Positions 35,370-46,237 of a DNA stretch of 64,000 nucleotides are shown one piece after another. Under the pieces are notes generated by a model. The model was not told the origin of the DNA, did not search any database, and was given only the letters and a program-made list of their open reading frames with translations. The stretch is from TPA_inf: Saccharomyces. Lineage: Eukaryota. Position 1 is the stretch's first letter. Each line of letters starts with the position of its first letter. The position numbers and the translations under genes were made by a program. The stretch lies in contig BK006947.3 in NCBI GenBank assembly GCA_000146045.2, forward strand, positions 192,001 through 256,000, given 5' to 3'.

Positions 35370-36854
35370 ATGCAGAGGTGGCTACAACTGTGGAAAATGG
35401 ATTTGGTACAAAAAGTGTCTCATGGCGTTTTTGAAGGCTCGTCCGAAGAACCGGCTGCTCTTATGAATCATGATTATATAGTATTAGGGGAAGTATATCC
35501 TGAGCGAGACGAAGAATCTGGCGCTGAACAATGTGAACAAGACTGTCGATATCGCGGTGAAGCGGTTAGTGACGGGTTTTTAAGCTCTCTTTTTGGTAGG
35601 GAAATTTCTTCTTACACAAAGGAATTTCTTTTGGATGTACAATCAAGGGTCAACTTTACATATCGGACAAGATTTGTTCCTATAGCAAGGGCGCCAGATG
35701 GGCCTTCACCTTTAAGTCTAAATTTATTAGTACGTACAAATCCGATCAGTACAATAGAGGACTATATAGCAAATCCTGATTGCTTTAACACTGATATTGG
35801 GTGGGGGTGTATGATAAGGACAGGACAAAGTTTGTTGGGGAATGCCTTACAAATCCTTCATTTGGGCAGAGATTTCAGGGTAAATGGTAACGAAAGTCTG
35901 GAAAGAGAATCAAAATTTGTAAATTGGTTTAATGACACGCCTGAGGCTCCATTTTCGTTACATAACTTTGTTTCTGCAGGTACAGAACTCTCTGATAAAA
36001 GACCAGGTGAATGGTTTGGTCCCGCAGCTACGGCAAGGAGTATACAATCTTTAATATATGGCTTCCCCGAATGTGGCATCGATGATTGTATAGTATCTGT
36101 TTCATCCGGCGATATCTATGAAAATGAAGTTGAAAAAGTATTTGCTGAGAATCCAAATAGTAGAATATTGTTCTTGTTGGGCGTGAAGCTCGGGATTAAT
36201 GCGGTAAATGAGAGCTATAGAGAAAGTATATGTGGTATCTTAAGTTCAACACAGTCAGTAGGCATTGCCGGCGGTAGGCCGTCTTCATCGTTGTATTTTT
36301 TTGGTTATCAAGGAAATGAATTTTTACATTTCGATCCTCATATTCCTCAACCGGCAGTAGAAGATTCATTTGTAGAGTCGTGCCATACCAGTAAATTTGG
36401 TAAATTGCAACTATCGGAAATGGATCCCTCGATGCTCATTGGTATTTTGATTAAGGGCGAAAAAGACTGGCAACAATGGAAGCTAGAAGTTGCAGAATCT
36501 GCTATTATCAATGTTCTTGCTAAGAGAATGGATGACTTTGATGTGAGTTGTAGTATGGATGACGTGGAAAGTGTAAGTTCTAACTCAATGAAGAAAGATG
36601 CAAGCAATAATGAAAATCTCGGAGTACTAGAGGGAGACTACGTAGATATTGGTGCAATATTCCCACACACAACAAATACAGAAGATGTAGACGAATATGA
36701 TTGTTTTCAAGATATTCATTGCAAGAAACAGAAGATTGTTGTTATGGGAAACACACACACTGTTAATGCGAATTTAACAGATTATGAAGTAGAAGGCGTC
36801 CTTGTAGAGAAGGAAACGGTAGGTATTCACAGTCCTATTGATGAAAAATGCTAG
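35370..36854 (+). CDS. ATG4: Atg4 cysteine protease (494 aa from ATG 35370; in-frame upstream ATG at 35334 would add 12 aa)
   Basis: Peptidase C54 features: the catalytic Cys in DIGWGCMIRTGQS plus conserved Asp/His regions. Start choice is ambiguous between two in-frame ATGs. Confidence 0.85.
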   Translation: MQRWLQLWKMDLVQKVSHGVFEGSSEEPAALMNHDYIVLGEVYPERDEESGAEQCEQDCRYRGEAVSDGFLSSLFGREISSYTKEFLLDVQSRVNFTYRTRFVPIARAPDGPSPLSLNLLVRTNPISTIEDYIANPDCFNTDIGWGCMIRTGQSLLGNALQILHLGRDFRVNGNESLERESKFVNWFNDTPEAPFSLHNFVSAGTELSDKRPGEWFGPAATARSIQSLIYGFPECGIDDCIVSVSSGDIYENEVEKVFAENPNSRILFLLGVKLGINAVNESYRESICGILSSTQSVGIAGGRPSSSLYFFGYQGNEFLHFDPHIPQPAVEDSFVESCHTSKFGKLQLSEMDPSMLIGILIKGEKDWQQWKLEVAESAIINVLAKRMDDFDVSCSMDDVESVSSNSMKKDASNNENLGVLEGDYVDIGAIFPHTTNTEDVDEYDCFQDIHCKKQKIVVMGNTHTVNANLTDYEVEGVLVEKETVGIHSPIDEKC

Positions 36855-37093
36855 TGTAAGGAATTCACTAGTTCATAAGCATATATACTTGTTTTAATAT
36901 ATTCCCTAAAACTGAGGTATCCAGTTCTTTTGTTCTTATTCGTTTGATCATCCTTTACGTATTTTTCGTCTGCGGCAGTGGAAAGAACTTAAAAAACGAA
37001 AGATAATAAAGAAAAAGGCCAGTCGGCACGAATTAAAGACCACCTGTAAGAAGATTAAGACAACGGTGGTATAAACTAGTGTCGAAGTCCAAA

Positions 37094-37714
37094 ATGCCTA
37101 GTCATCGCAATTCAAACTTGAAGTTTTGCACAGTTTGTGCATCAAACAACAATCGTTCAATGGAATCGCATAAAGTCCTGCAAGAAGCAGGCTATAATGT
37201 TAGCTCTTACGGAACAGGTTCAGCTGTGAGACTGCCTGGTCTATCGATAGATAAGCCTAATGTGTACTCATTTGGTACACCCTATAATGATATATATAAT
37301 GATCTTTTATCACAATCAGCAGACCGTTACAAGTCGAACGGTTTATTGCAAATGCTGGATCGTAATAGAAGACTCAAAAAAGCACCTGAAAAATGGCAAG
37401 AAAGTACAAAAGTCTTCGACTTCGTTTTCACTTGTGAAGAGAGATGTTTTGATGCCGTTTGTGAAGATTTGATGAATAGAGGTGGGAAATTAAACAAAAT
37501 AGTGCATGTAATTAATGTTGACATTAAAGATGATGATGAAAATGCTAAAATTGGTAGCAAAGCTATATTGGAATTAGCTGATATGCTCAATGATAAAATA
37601 GAACAATGTGAAAAAGATGACATTCCCTTTGAAGATTGTATAATGGACATTTTAACTGAGTGGCAAAGCTCACATTCTCAACTACCGTCATTATACGCTC
37701 CTTCATATTACTAA
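37094..37714 (+). CDS. SSU72: RNA polymerase II CTD Ser5 phosphatase, CPF component (206 aa)
   Basis: Low-molecular-weight PTPase-like CX5R motif ([12 protein letters not shown]) at the N-terminus. 206 aa. Confidence 0.9.
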   Translation: MPSHRNSNLKFCTVCASNNNRSMESHKVLQEAGYNVSSYGTGSAVRLPGLSIDKPNVYSFGTPYNDIYNDLLSQSADRYKSNGLLQMLDRNRRLKKAPEKWQESTKVFDFVFTCEERCFDAVCEDLMNRGGKLNKIVHVINVDIKDDDENAKIGSKAILELADMLNDKIEQCEKDDIPFEDCIMDILTEWQSSHSQLPSLYAPSYY

Positions 37715-38104
37715 ACAAAACGGTCAATTACTGTAGAAAAGCATAAGCATTAAGCGGCCCTCATGAATCCTACATTATCCGTGAAATTTCAATACTTTCA
37801 CAAGTCTTCGATAGCTTCCTAGTTATATTCATTATATAATATTACGTTTCTTGTTGCGGCTCTCTTAAGCACATTATTTGCTTGTTGTCCACATAGCTAT
37901 TTTTTTATCAAGAAGCTTGATATACAACACACTGTATTTTTAGTAAGCTGGACAATGTCTTGTCTCAATGTAGCGTATAACAGGTTTCATTCCAAAACAC
38001 ATCACCAGATATAGGACTGAAATGAAGAAAATAGAAGCATGAAACTTTAAAAGTTTCAGTACTTTAAGAAAGAAATAAATAGAAAAATGTTCCATTTATT
38101 TCTG

Positions 38105-38672
38105 AAAATAAATCAAAAATTATAAGATCCACCCGTTCCTACCAAGACCTTCCAAAATTTTTCCCATAACGGGAACGAGCAAAGTTGAGACTGCTCAAAA
38201 GAGCACATCTTCAAACTACAATCCCGACCAAATAATCTCAACAGCCATACCTTCATCATAAACTTAAGTTCATTCGAATCTGCCGTCAAAAACTAAAATG
38301 GCACGCTAGAGAAAAGTAGTCAAAAAGAATGCCTCTACAAAGCTCTCTTTTGAAAGGCCCCAGCTCCCCTAACACCAATTTGAATTTGGTGTCAAACTTC
38401 TCCAGGCAGAAGAAACAAAGGGCCCCAAAAATCAGTTTAACCCAAAAATCCCCAAAGGAATCAAGGGATTAACCAATGATTGAAACAAGGGAATGGAAAC
38501 GTCAGCAAACACGCCTTCCGCGCCGTATGTGTGTGTGACCAAGGAGTTTGCATCAATGACTTCAATGAACAATTATAGTTCAATGATAAATGCTTAACGT
38601 CCTTCTACTATTGGAAGCGCATGTTTGATCAGTAGGACTTCTTGATCTCCTCTGATATCTTAAGGTAAGTAT
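38105..38672 (-). ncRNA. SNR19: U1 spliceosomal snRNA, 568-nt yeast form; 5' end at 38672 is confident, 3' end is approximate
   Basis: Minus-strand RNA begins AUACUUACCUUAAGAUAUCAGAGGAGAUCAAGAAG, i.e. the 5' splice-site pairing box followed by the stem-loop I U1-70K loop (GAUCAAGAAG). An Sm site AAUUUUUGA lies at 38122-38114 followed by a hairpin. A TATAAATA lies ~95 bp upstream on the minus strand. No ORF. Confidence 0.9.
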
Positions 38673-38820
38673 GAGGATTTTAAAAAAATTCAAGAAAAAA
38701 CTATATTTTAACGCTAAAAGTATGTTTGTAAAATAGTTCTATTAAATGGAACTTCTTCTCTCTATTTATACGTCTTGCCAATGGAAAACTCGTCGCCTTA
38801 GAAAAAAAAAAGGTGCAAAG

Positions 38821-38828
38821 ACGGGTAA
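38821..38828 (-). promoter_or_regulatory. Reb1-like site (TTACCCGT on the minus strand) upstream of the U1 snRNA gene
   Basis: Located ~150 bp upstream of the SNR19 5' end. A TATAAATA lies ~95 bp upstream on the same strand. Confidence 0.4.
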
Positions 38829-39067
38829 TAATTTCATTGACATTTTCAAGAGCTAGGGAATGAATCAATGAGCCCTATGATGGCAGCGTAGATCACCGTA
38901 TTTAAATTAACATATAATAAGATTTGTTGCCACTTTCAATCTCTAAATGTGTACGTATAGAGTTCCAGGAAGCAAAAAGACCATTATTGCGCGATATGAT
39001 TGCTATTTGCCCTCTGTATACATAGCTTTATAGGATATCGGTCGTACATATAATTCAGTTCAGTTCA

Positions 39068-41695
39068 TTATACGGATATTTTCGACCACTCCCCCAACCT
39101 ATAAGTGTTGGTACCTACATTTCTGATCAGTACATACCTAGTTGGTTGCCGGATGGCCGCATGATGATCTATAAATCCGATTCCCATACCATTTCCACAA
39201 TTTAAGTGGTAGGTGCCGCTGGTAATAAAACCAATCAAATCATGTACCTCTGGAAGTGGAATTTTCAAATCATGATCTTTTCTTCCGTTTGGGCGGTAAA
39301 CCCCTTTTGCCAATTGTAGCCAATGCTCTAAGTCCTTTTCTGGAACTTGATATATTCTTGCATTGTCCTTTGGGTGACCTCGTTCGAGTAGTGTGCAAGA
39401 TACAGCAATGATACAACGTGGGAAGAATGTAAGGGAGAATGAAGAACTATTGACGCTAATGCTATCAGGAGTGCGAAATTGACATTTCCGATTTTTACAC
39501 AATGCAACTGGTATGTTCTCTTCAATCGACAACGACATAGCCTTGGTCTTGGCTTCATAATCTTTGCAAAACTCCAAAACATCATTTACACAGTTGATGT
39601 CTCTTACACCCTGAGCGTTAAATTGCCCGGTCTTCTTACTGTCCATCAGTTCTAAGGTTTTATCATTCCGCTGTAAATAATCAATTCCATTTCTCAGTAT
39701 TTGTAAAAATCTCCAGTCTGAACTGAAAAAATCGCCGATTTCTCCGCTATATGCCGGTAATTTAGTGTTATGGATGTCTTTGATCTTCTCGAAATTAATC
39801 CTTTTTCCCATTGGCTTCCTATCCCACTTCGTCTTGGAGGCCTCCTTTTTATAAAATGAGTTTTCTATATAACCCAATTGAGTGAATGGATAATCATCCG
39901 GAAAATATAATTGCTTATTCTCGTACTGAATTTGCTGGAATTGCCTGAGGCCAATGTGATACATCCTTGGTATCCGGTTCAGTAGATGCCATAACGGTAG
40001 CAGCCAGAACCATGGTAACACAACAATCCAATCCCTGGTCTTGAGCCTTCTTATTATGACTAATGGAATAGAAGGATCGTCACTTTCTTTGAACGGGACT
40101 GTAGTTTTATTGATGCTGTTCGGTGTGGCAGTTAGCAATTTGTAACGTCTCGCAGAAATTTCTTTTAATGTGTTTTGGTTGTTGTATGATTGAGTACGTG
40201 ATTCAGGGTCACATAATTCGTTAAAAACGGCGTTTATTTCGTCTTGAGGATAGTTTTCATGCAGTGATAAAATGTCGTCAGAATTAACAGTCTTCCTCTG
40301 TGAATCATTTAATTTCTTTGGAGCAGCTAGATGACGCGGATCTATGGCTTCAAATGCAAACGTACACCTCTGTGGTAGGGCATTATGATCGGTAATCATT
40401 GAAACCATTTTAAATTGTTCAAACGATTTAGAGTACTCTGTGCTCCTTAAACACGATGCTAATGACTCTAGAGCTTTAGCTCCCTTCAATGTCACGCTTG
40501 CTAATGAATATCGACAATCTTGTACTGTTAGTTTTTCCTTATGTTGCAAAAGAATGTTAAAAACCTGAGTATAAATTGAAGGGTGTAACCTTATAATTGC
40601 AGTATCCTTTTGTACCCAAAATACGTCGCATGGACCCAGTGGCTTAGTAGAATCCTCACCGTTTTCTTCATTGAAACTATAAATTAACCCTTGGAATAAA
40701 ACCTGGCCTTCGCGATATTTCCTTAAGTTTGCTCTTTCAGCTGTTAACTTTCCTATAATGGATTTTAAAAAGTCCCCCTCACTGTCATTGCTTTTGTCTT
40801 TTACAATTATTGTACCAATATAACTTGAATCCATGCATAAGGCCCCATCGGAGCTGCAGGTATCACCGCCCAACCTATGCGTCAATTTAAAGCATTTTTG
40901 AGTAGGTGCCCATACCATTTGATATCCCCATCTTTTCATCATGTGCGACCTTTTAGCATTCCAAATGTGGGTGGGTAGCCAAGCAAAGTGCTTCTGTCTC
41001 TTCGTATATTTGACCCTGCCCTTGGGAATAGGTGCTAATTCATTGACACCAGTGCAATCATAGCTCCCCATACGATTATTAAGTAACTTTATATTTGGAT
41101 TTGCTGTTGATGATTCTTTAATCATTCGCTTTAATGTCTTGATTTTCTGCCTTACGTGGCAGTTAGATGATGTAACCTCTGGTGGCATGCTGAGTTTCAT
41201 AGAAGTAGATTTGCTAGCCAATCGTAGCAGCTTTATGGACATTCTAGCTTTATAAAGTTGCTTTGCATTTAGGCCATGAGCTTTTCTGGAAGAGGCTGAA
41301 GACCCCTTCAACACATCCTGCTGATCACTTTTACGCATTTCCCTCAAAGCTCTATTGCGCATTCTTTTTGGAATTCTACGAACATTATGCGAAGCCGTTC
41401 TACGACGCAATTTTCGAGGCAATGCCTGAAATATTCTCGTTGAGCTGGCTGCTTTGGAATTATGCATGGCCAATTGCAACTGCTTAACCTCGAATTGTCG
41501 AGAACTAATGAATTGGTCCACGTTTAGCTTACTTCCCGATTCACTCAGATCACTCGGTGTCCCAGTTTTTGTTGATGAAGCGGCCACGGCCTCTGCTCTA
41601 ATTGATCTAGCATTTCTTATGCGATTTCGCTTCAGTAATTGATTCTTATTAAGAACTTTCTTTCCACCATTTCCTCTAGACAAACTCCCGCTCAT
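39068..41695 (-). CDS. POP1: RNase P / RNase MRP protein subunit (875 aa)
   Basis: 875-aa basic protein with POP1-type domains. Position next to SNR19 and ADE12 matches YNL221C. Confidence 0.85.
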   Translation of the reverse strand: MSGSLSRGNGGKKVLNKNQLLKRNRIRNARSIRAEAVAASSTKTGTPSDLSESGSKLNVDQFISSRQFEVKQLQLAMHNSKAASSTRIFQALPRKLRRRTASHNVRRIPKRMRNRALREMRKSDQQDVLKGSSASSRKAHGLNAKQLYKARMSIKLLRLASKSTSMKLSMPPEVTSSNCHVRQKIKTLKRMIKESSTANPNIKLLNNRMGSYDCTGVNELAPIPKGRVKYTKRQKHFAWLPTHIWNAKRSHMMKRWGYQMVWAPTQKCFKLTHRLGGDTCSSDGALCMDSSYIGTIIVKDKSNDSEGDFLKSIIGKLTAERANLRKYREGQVLFQGLIYSFNEENGEDSTKPLGPCDVFWVQKDTAIIRLHPSIYTQVFNILLQHKEKLTVQDCRYSLASVTLKGAKALESLASCLRSTEYSKSFEQFKMVSMITDHNALPQRCTFAFEAIDPRHLAAPKKLNDSQRKTVNSDDILSLHENYPQDEINAVFNELCDPESRTQSYNNQNTLKEISARRYKLLTATPNSINKTTVPFKESDDPSIPLVIIRRLKTRDWIVVLPWFWLLPLWHLLNRIPRMYHIGLRQFQQIQYENKQLYFPDDYPFTQLGYIENSFYKKEASKTKWDRKPMGKRINFEKIKDIHNTKLPAYSGEIGDFFSSDWRFLQILRNGIDYLQRNDKTLELMDSKKTGQFNAQGVRDINCVNDVLEFCKDYEAKTKAMSLSIEENIPVALCKNRKCQFRTPDSISVNSSSFSLTFFPRCIIAVSCTLLERGHPKDNARIYQVPEKDLEHWLQLAKGVYRPNGRKDHDLKIPLPEVHDLIGFITSGTYHLNCGNGMGIGFIDHHAAIRQPTRYVLIRNVGTNTYRLGEWSKISV

Positions 41696-41872
41696 TTGTA
41701 ATTATAATGAGGTCAATTCTCACCTTTCTTGCCAAATGTTCAAGTGGCAGGCTGCTCAATAAGTATCCCCGTTCTTCAAAGACATGCCACCGTTCCGAGA
41801 ATCTCATCGAATTCAGATCTGCTTTCTTCTAATGCGAATTTCACTGAAAAGTTTTCCCACAGTGTTACCCTC

Positions 41873-41880
41873 TTACCCGG
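41873..41880 (+). promoter_or_regulatory. Reb1 binding site TTACCCGG
   Basis: Perfect Reb1 consensus in the divergent POP1/ADE12 intergenic region, ~180 bp upstream of the POP1 ATG. Confidence 0.55.
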
Positions 41881-42189
41881 GTGCAATGTCACGTGCACAT
41901 CACATATGAAAAAATGACCAGCAAAGAAGTCAATCTACCTTCCTTATGGCCGGTAGAGTCAATAGTAATTTACTTTGCAACCAATTAATAAATCTGTAAA
42001 CTTAAAGGAATCAGCAATTACCGCAACCCCAGAGAATCGGATGGTGAGATTAGTCCCATTCAATTCGCTCTCGTGACCAAATCGTCGGGAAAACATGTCC
42101 CACTTACCTGTTCCTGTGAATCCAGATACGGAAAAAAATTGTATTTAAATAATCTCGATTTTACATTTACTGATCGCGATCCTTTTCAT

Positions 42190-42196
42190 TGAGTCA
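42190..42196 (-). promoter_or_regulatory. TGACTCA Bas1/Gcn4-type element
   Basis: TGAGTCA found ~220 bp upstream of the ADE12 ATG. Purine-pathway genes are Bas1/Pho2 targets through TGACTC. Confidence 0.5.
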
Positions 42197-42412
42197 CAGA
42201 TTAACAAAGTAAATAATAATAAGTAAACATTATTTCTAAAAAAGTAATTTCTTTTTCTTACTAGTCTTTTCTTTTTTGACTTTCTCTTTATTTCTTAACT
42301 TGCCTTATAAAAGAAACGATTGTAGAAGCTTACCTCGACCGAGTAAATATTAAGCTTTTCGTTGGATAAGGTAGGGGAAATCGTAACATTACTAAATTTA
42401 AAGCATATCAGA

Positions 42413-43714
42413 ATGGTTAACGTTGTATTGGGCTCCCAATGGGGTGATGAGGGTAAAGGTAAACTAGTTGATTTACTGGTTGGTAAATATGATATTGTAG
42501 CCCGTTGCGCCGGTGGTAACAATGCCGGGCATACCATTGTTGTAGACGGTGTTAAGTATGATTTCCATATGTTACCATCTGGTTTAGTCAACCCAAACTG
42601 CCAAAACCTTTTGGGTAATGGTGTTGTTATTCATGTTCCATCTTTTTTCAAAGAGTTGGAAACCTTGGAAGCTAAAGGTTTGAAGAACGCAAGGAGTAGA
42701 TTATTTGTTTCTTCCAGAGCACATTTAGTCTTTGACTTTCATCAGGTGACTGACAAGCTAAGAGAATTGGAGTTATCAGGTCGTTCTAAAGATGGTAAAA
42801 ATATCGGTACTACCGGTAAAGGTATTGGTCCAACTTATTCCACAAAGGCTTCTAGATCTGGTTTGAGAGTTCATCATTTGGTGAATGATCAACCCGGTGC
42901 CTGGGAGGAATTTGTTGCTAGATATAAGAGATTATTGGAAACGAGAAGACAAAGATACGGTGATTTCGAATACGACTTTGAAGCCAAGCTTGCTGAATAC
43001 AAGAAGTTAAGAGAGCAACTAAAGCCATTCGTCGTCGATTCTGTCGTTTTCATGCACAATGCTATTGAAGCAAAGAAAAAGATATTGGTTGAGGGTGCTA
43101 ATGCTTTGATGTTGGATATTGATTTTGGTACTTATCCATATGTGACTTCTTCCAATACTGGTATTGGTGGTGTCCTCACCGGTTTAGGTATTCCTCCACG
43201 TACTATTGATGAAATTTATGGTGTTGTTAAAGCCTACACAACTAGAGTTGGTGAAGGTCCTTTCCCAACGGAACAATTGAACGAAAATGGAGAAAAACTG
43301 CAGACCATTGGTGCTGAATTTGGTGTCACTACTGGTCGTAAGCGTCGTTGCGGTTGGTTAGACTTGGTAGTCTTGAAATACTCAACTTTGATCAATGGAT
43401 ACACGAGTTTGAACATTACCAAGTTAGACGTCCTCGATACTTTCAAAGAAATCCCAGTGGGTATTTCATATTCTATTCAAGGTAAGAAGCTAGATTTGTT
43501 CCCTGAAGACTTGAATATTCTTGGTAAAGTTGAAGTTGAATACAAAGTTTTGCCAGGTTGGGATCAAGATATTACCAAAATTACAAAGTATGAAGATTTG
43601 CCGGAAAACGCAAAGAAGTACTTAAAATATATTGAAGATTTTGTTGGCGTTCCTGTTGAATGGGTTGGTACCGGCCCCGCAAGAGAAAGCATGTTGCATA
43701 AAGAAATTAAATAG
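42413..43714 (+). CDS. ADE12: Adenylosuccinate synthetase (433 aa)
   Basis: [18 protein letters not shown]-loop at the N-terminus; [12 protein letters not shown] and [12 protein letters not shown] purA family motifs. Confidence 0.95.
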   Translation: MVNVVLGSQWGDEGKGKLVDLLVGKYDIVARCAGGNNAGHTIVVDGVKYDFHMLPSGLVNPNCQNLLGNGVVIHVPSFFKELETLEAKGLKNARSRLFVSSRAHLVFDFHQVTDKLRELELSGRSKDGKNIGTTGKGIGPTYSTKASRSGLRVHHLVNDQPGAWEEFVARYKRLLETRRQRYGDFEYDFEAKLAEYKKLREQLKPFVVDSVVFMHNAIEAKKKILVEGANALMLDIDFGTYPYVTSSNTGIGGVLTGLGIPPRTIDEIYGVVKAYTTRVGEGPFPTEQLNENGEKLQTIGAEFGVTTGRKRRCGWLDLVVLKYSTLINGYTSLNITKLDVLDTFKEIPVGISYSIQGKKLDLFPEDLNILGKVEVEYKVLPGWDQDITKITKYEDLPENAKKYLKYIEDFVGVPVEWVGTGPARESMLHKEIK

Positions 43715-43995
43715 GGCGTTGGACATCCATGACAAACTTCAATTTAATTTCTTTTCACAGTTTTATAGTTTTATATATACGAAATGTAACTAATCATGAC
43801 ATTTTTTAAAAGTTTTCAATGAAAAAATGAAAGAGTAATGAACAAACATATTTTTTTTATAAAATGCATAAAAACATATAGATATATATATATTTACGTG
43901 GAAAAATGTTAAAACTATTGATAAGAAAAAACGCTCAAAACAAGTAGTAAGCAGGCTTTTTTTTTTTTTGCTGCTTGTTTTAGAGAACCTGTATA

Positions 43996-45663
43996 TCAAT
44001 TAGTAGTCTCAGTTGGTTTTTCAAACAAACAGTAATCAATGTAACGAACACCGTACACTTGATTCCATTGTTTTGGTAAAACTATTTGCATGATTCGGTT
44101 GATTGGCTCCGGTACGTAAAATGCTCTACCCAAAATCTTAGAATTTTCACCGTCGATGAATGCAGCACATGCCAGCTTATTCCAGTTATCCATCAGATGT
44201 AGAGGGTTGAAAACGTCTTTTGTTAAATTTATTGGGGCGACGATGTCAATAAAATAATCACATCTAGTGATCGGCCACTCTTTACCGGTATCATATATAT
44301 TCTTGTTATTCATTCCCTTAGGTAAAGTTCTAATCTTTTTGAAAATAGAACCACTCTCTGGAAAATCACCTGGAAGAAGACCATCAAATCCAGATTTAAC
44401 AAATTTTAGCCTATGATTATCTGGCAGCAGGAAAGAACTTGGGAAGTGATACCATTCACGTCCCGTACATACATTCACTACCGGTGCCTTCACACCACCT
44501 TGATTTAGTGAAGAAAATTGCTCGTAGACGGCTATAGGAGCTGTGTAATTGTTCACCAAAGCCACTATCCGTGACATTGCCTGGCCTGCAACAATTAATA
44601 AAACTGACAACTTTATACCTTTTTTAAGAATCGGCTTTCTATTGAATAGATTCAACACTTTGTAAAAGGCGATACTTGCACTCAAAGTTATTAACCCGTA
44701 AATTGGATAGAGAAATCTTTCCTCTTTGTGAGGTTGTTGAGTGAAAACGGCAATCCATGTGAATAATGATGCCCATAATGGCCATAATCTCAAATGGAAA
44801 ATTCCCAAAATAGCTAAAACTAGCACAGGCAGTGGGAAATTCAGTAACAAATTTAGTGGATAGTAGTACCATGGCTCAACCCCGAAAATATTTGGGCCAG
44901 ATTCCTCACTTGCATTAATGACATTGTAAAATAAGATGTTCCATGATACAGGAGCAAGCTTCCCGTAAAATATACTGTCAGTGACAATCACAGCAAATGC
45001 AGTCAATGAAAATATCAAACAGCAGTCGAATGCGGTTCTGATGGTAGAAATAATTCTATGGTTGAAAAGGTAATGTAAACATAATGGCAAGCTTAAAATT
45101 AAAACAAATGGCCAGCCTAGTATACTAGCCAGGAAATTGTACGCTAAACTTTTCGTAAAGTTAGAAGTAGACCCAGTGGACAGATAGCGTAGAGAGTGTC
45201 TGGTGGCACCTACATACAACAACATGGCAACGGCAGAAGGCAATAATTCCACAGATGCATGGAACCAGCCCGGATTAAACAATTGGAAAATAATCCAAAT
45301 ATTTGCGATTTGCAATGCCAAGCTGCCTGCAATTTCACGATGTAGTTTAAATTCCATGATAAAACTAAAAAAGCCTAAGCATGCTCTTGTGATGAAAAAG
45401 TTCCAATGACTTTCTAGGTCAGTAAATTTGTTTACTGGATAAAGAATACAGTAAAAAGGTAATAAGAAAGCCCATGATCTAATAGAATACTCGGGTGAAT
45501 ATTCCCAGGTTTGTTTACCAAATCCACGTACCAATAAATTTAATGGTTCCCAATAATTAAAAGTTTCATCGCAATCTGAAATTAACGAGAATGTCGGCTG
45601 AATATATACTCTTGTTAAAAATAACAACAGTAATAAACTAATGGTTACCGCCTTGCAATTCAT
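43996..45663 (-). CDS. ALG9: ER alpha-1,2-mannosyltransferase of the dolichol-linked oligosaccharide pathway (555 aa)
   Basis: Polytopic membrane protein of GT22-like topology. Length and synteny YNL219C. Confidence 0.85.
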   Translation of the reverse strand: MNCKAVTISLLLLLFLTRVYIQPTFSLISDCDETFNYWEPLNLLVRGFGKQTWEYSPEYSIRSWAFLLPFYCILYPVNKFTDLESHWNFFITRACLGFFSFIMEFKLHREIAGSLALQIANIWIIFQLFNPGWFHASVELLPSAVAMLLYVGATRHSLRYLSTGSTSNFTKSLAYNFLASILGWPFVLILSLPLCLHYLFNHRIISTIRTAFDCCLIFSLTAFAVIVTDSIFYGKLAPVSWNILFYNVINASEESGPNIFGVEPWYYYPLNLLLNFPLPVLVLAILGIFHLRLWPLWASLFTWIAVFTQQPHKEERFLYPIYGLITLSASIAFYKVLNLFNRKPILKKGIKLSVLLIVAGQAMSRIVALVNNYTAPIAVYEQFSSLNQGGVKAPVVNVCTGREWYHFPSSFLLPDNHRLKFVKSGFDGLLPGDFPESGSIFKKIRTLPKGMNNKNIYDTGKEWPITRCDYFIDIVAPINLTKDVFNPLHLMDNWNKLACAAFIDGENSKILGRAFYVPEPINRIMQIVLPKQWNQVYGVRYIDYCLFEKPTETTN

Positions 45664-46237
45664 CGTTCCCTTATAATTGTGCTTCAGGGTGAAAAAAGAG
45701 CCAATTCGATACAGCTAAAGTTTTGAAATCTCGTTGAGTAGCCGTAATGGTACAATAAAAACGAAAAAGTATTCTCTATTGTGTCAAAAACACCCCTGTA
45801 TATCCAGTTGTCCCTTTTTCAAGCTTGTATTGACAGTTCTGAATATCGCAGAACGGTTCTCATCAAAATTCAATATTGCGTAACGGACTTATTGTTGCAT
45901 TTTCAAGTAAATAAGCCGGGTCAGGATGCCCGCCGTAGATAGTAAAAAGTAGGTATAACATGCGCAAGAGCAAAACGGATTTGACAACATATCCAAGTGA
46001 TAAGTGGTCGTTTAGATACATCATATACTATAACGGTTTGATATTGAGAGCCCAGTTAAAATTAACATCTGTTTTTTGTTTTTTAATTGACATTCAATCA
46101 TCGGTTGCTTTCCTTGTGAAACTGTACGCGTTGTCTTAAACGAAACGTGTTTTAAGGTAGGTCATCGACAGGTAAAAAATAGCTTATTAGCAGAAGAACG
46201 CTAGCGGTAAGATCTGAAACAGGATCGCACAGTCTCA

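Noticed and set aside
41801-41808. Near-PAC motif CTCATCGA upstream of POP1
   Set aside because: Only 7/8 match to CTCATCGC; too weak to call.
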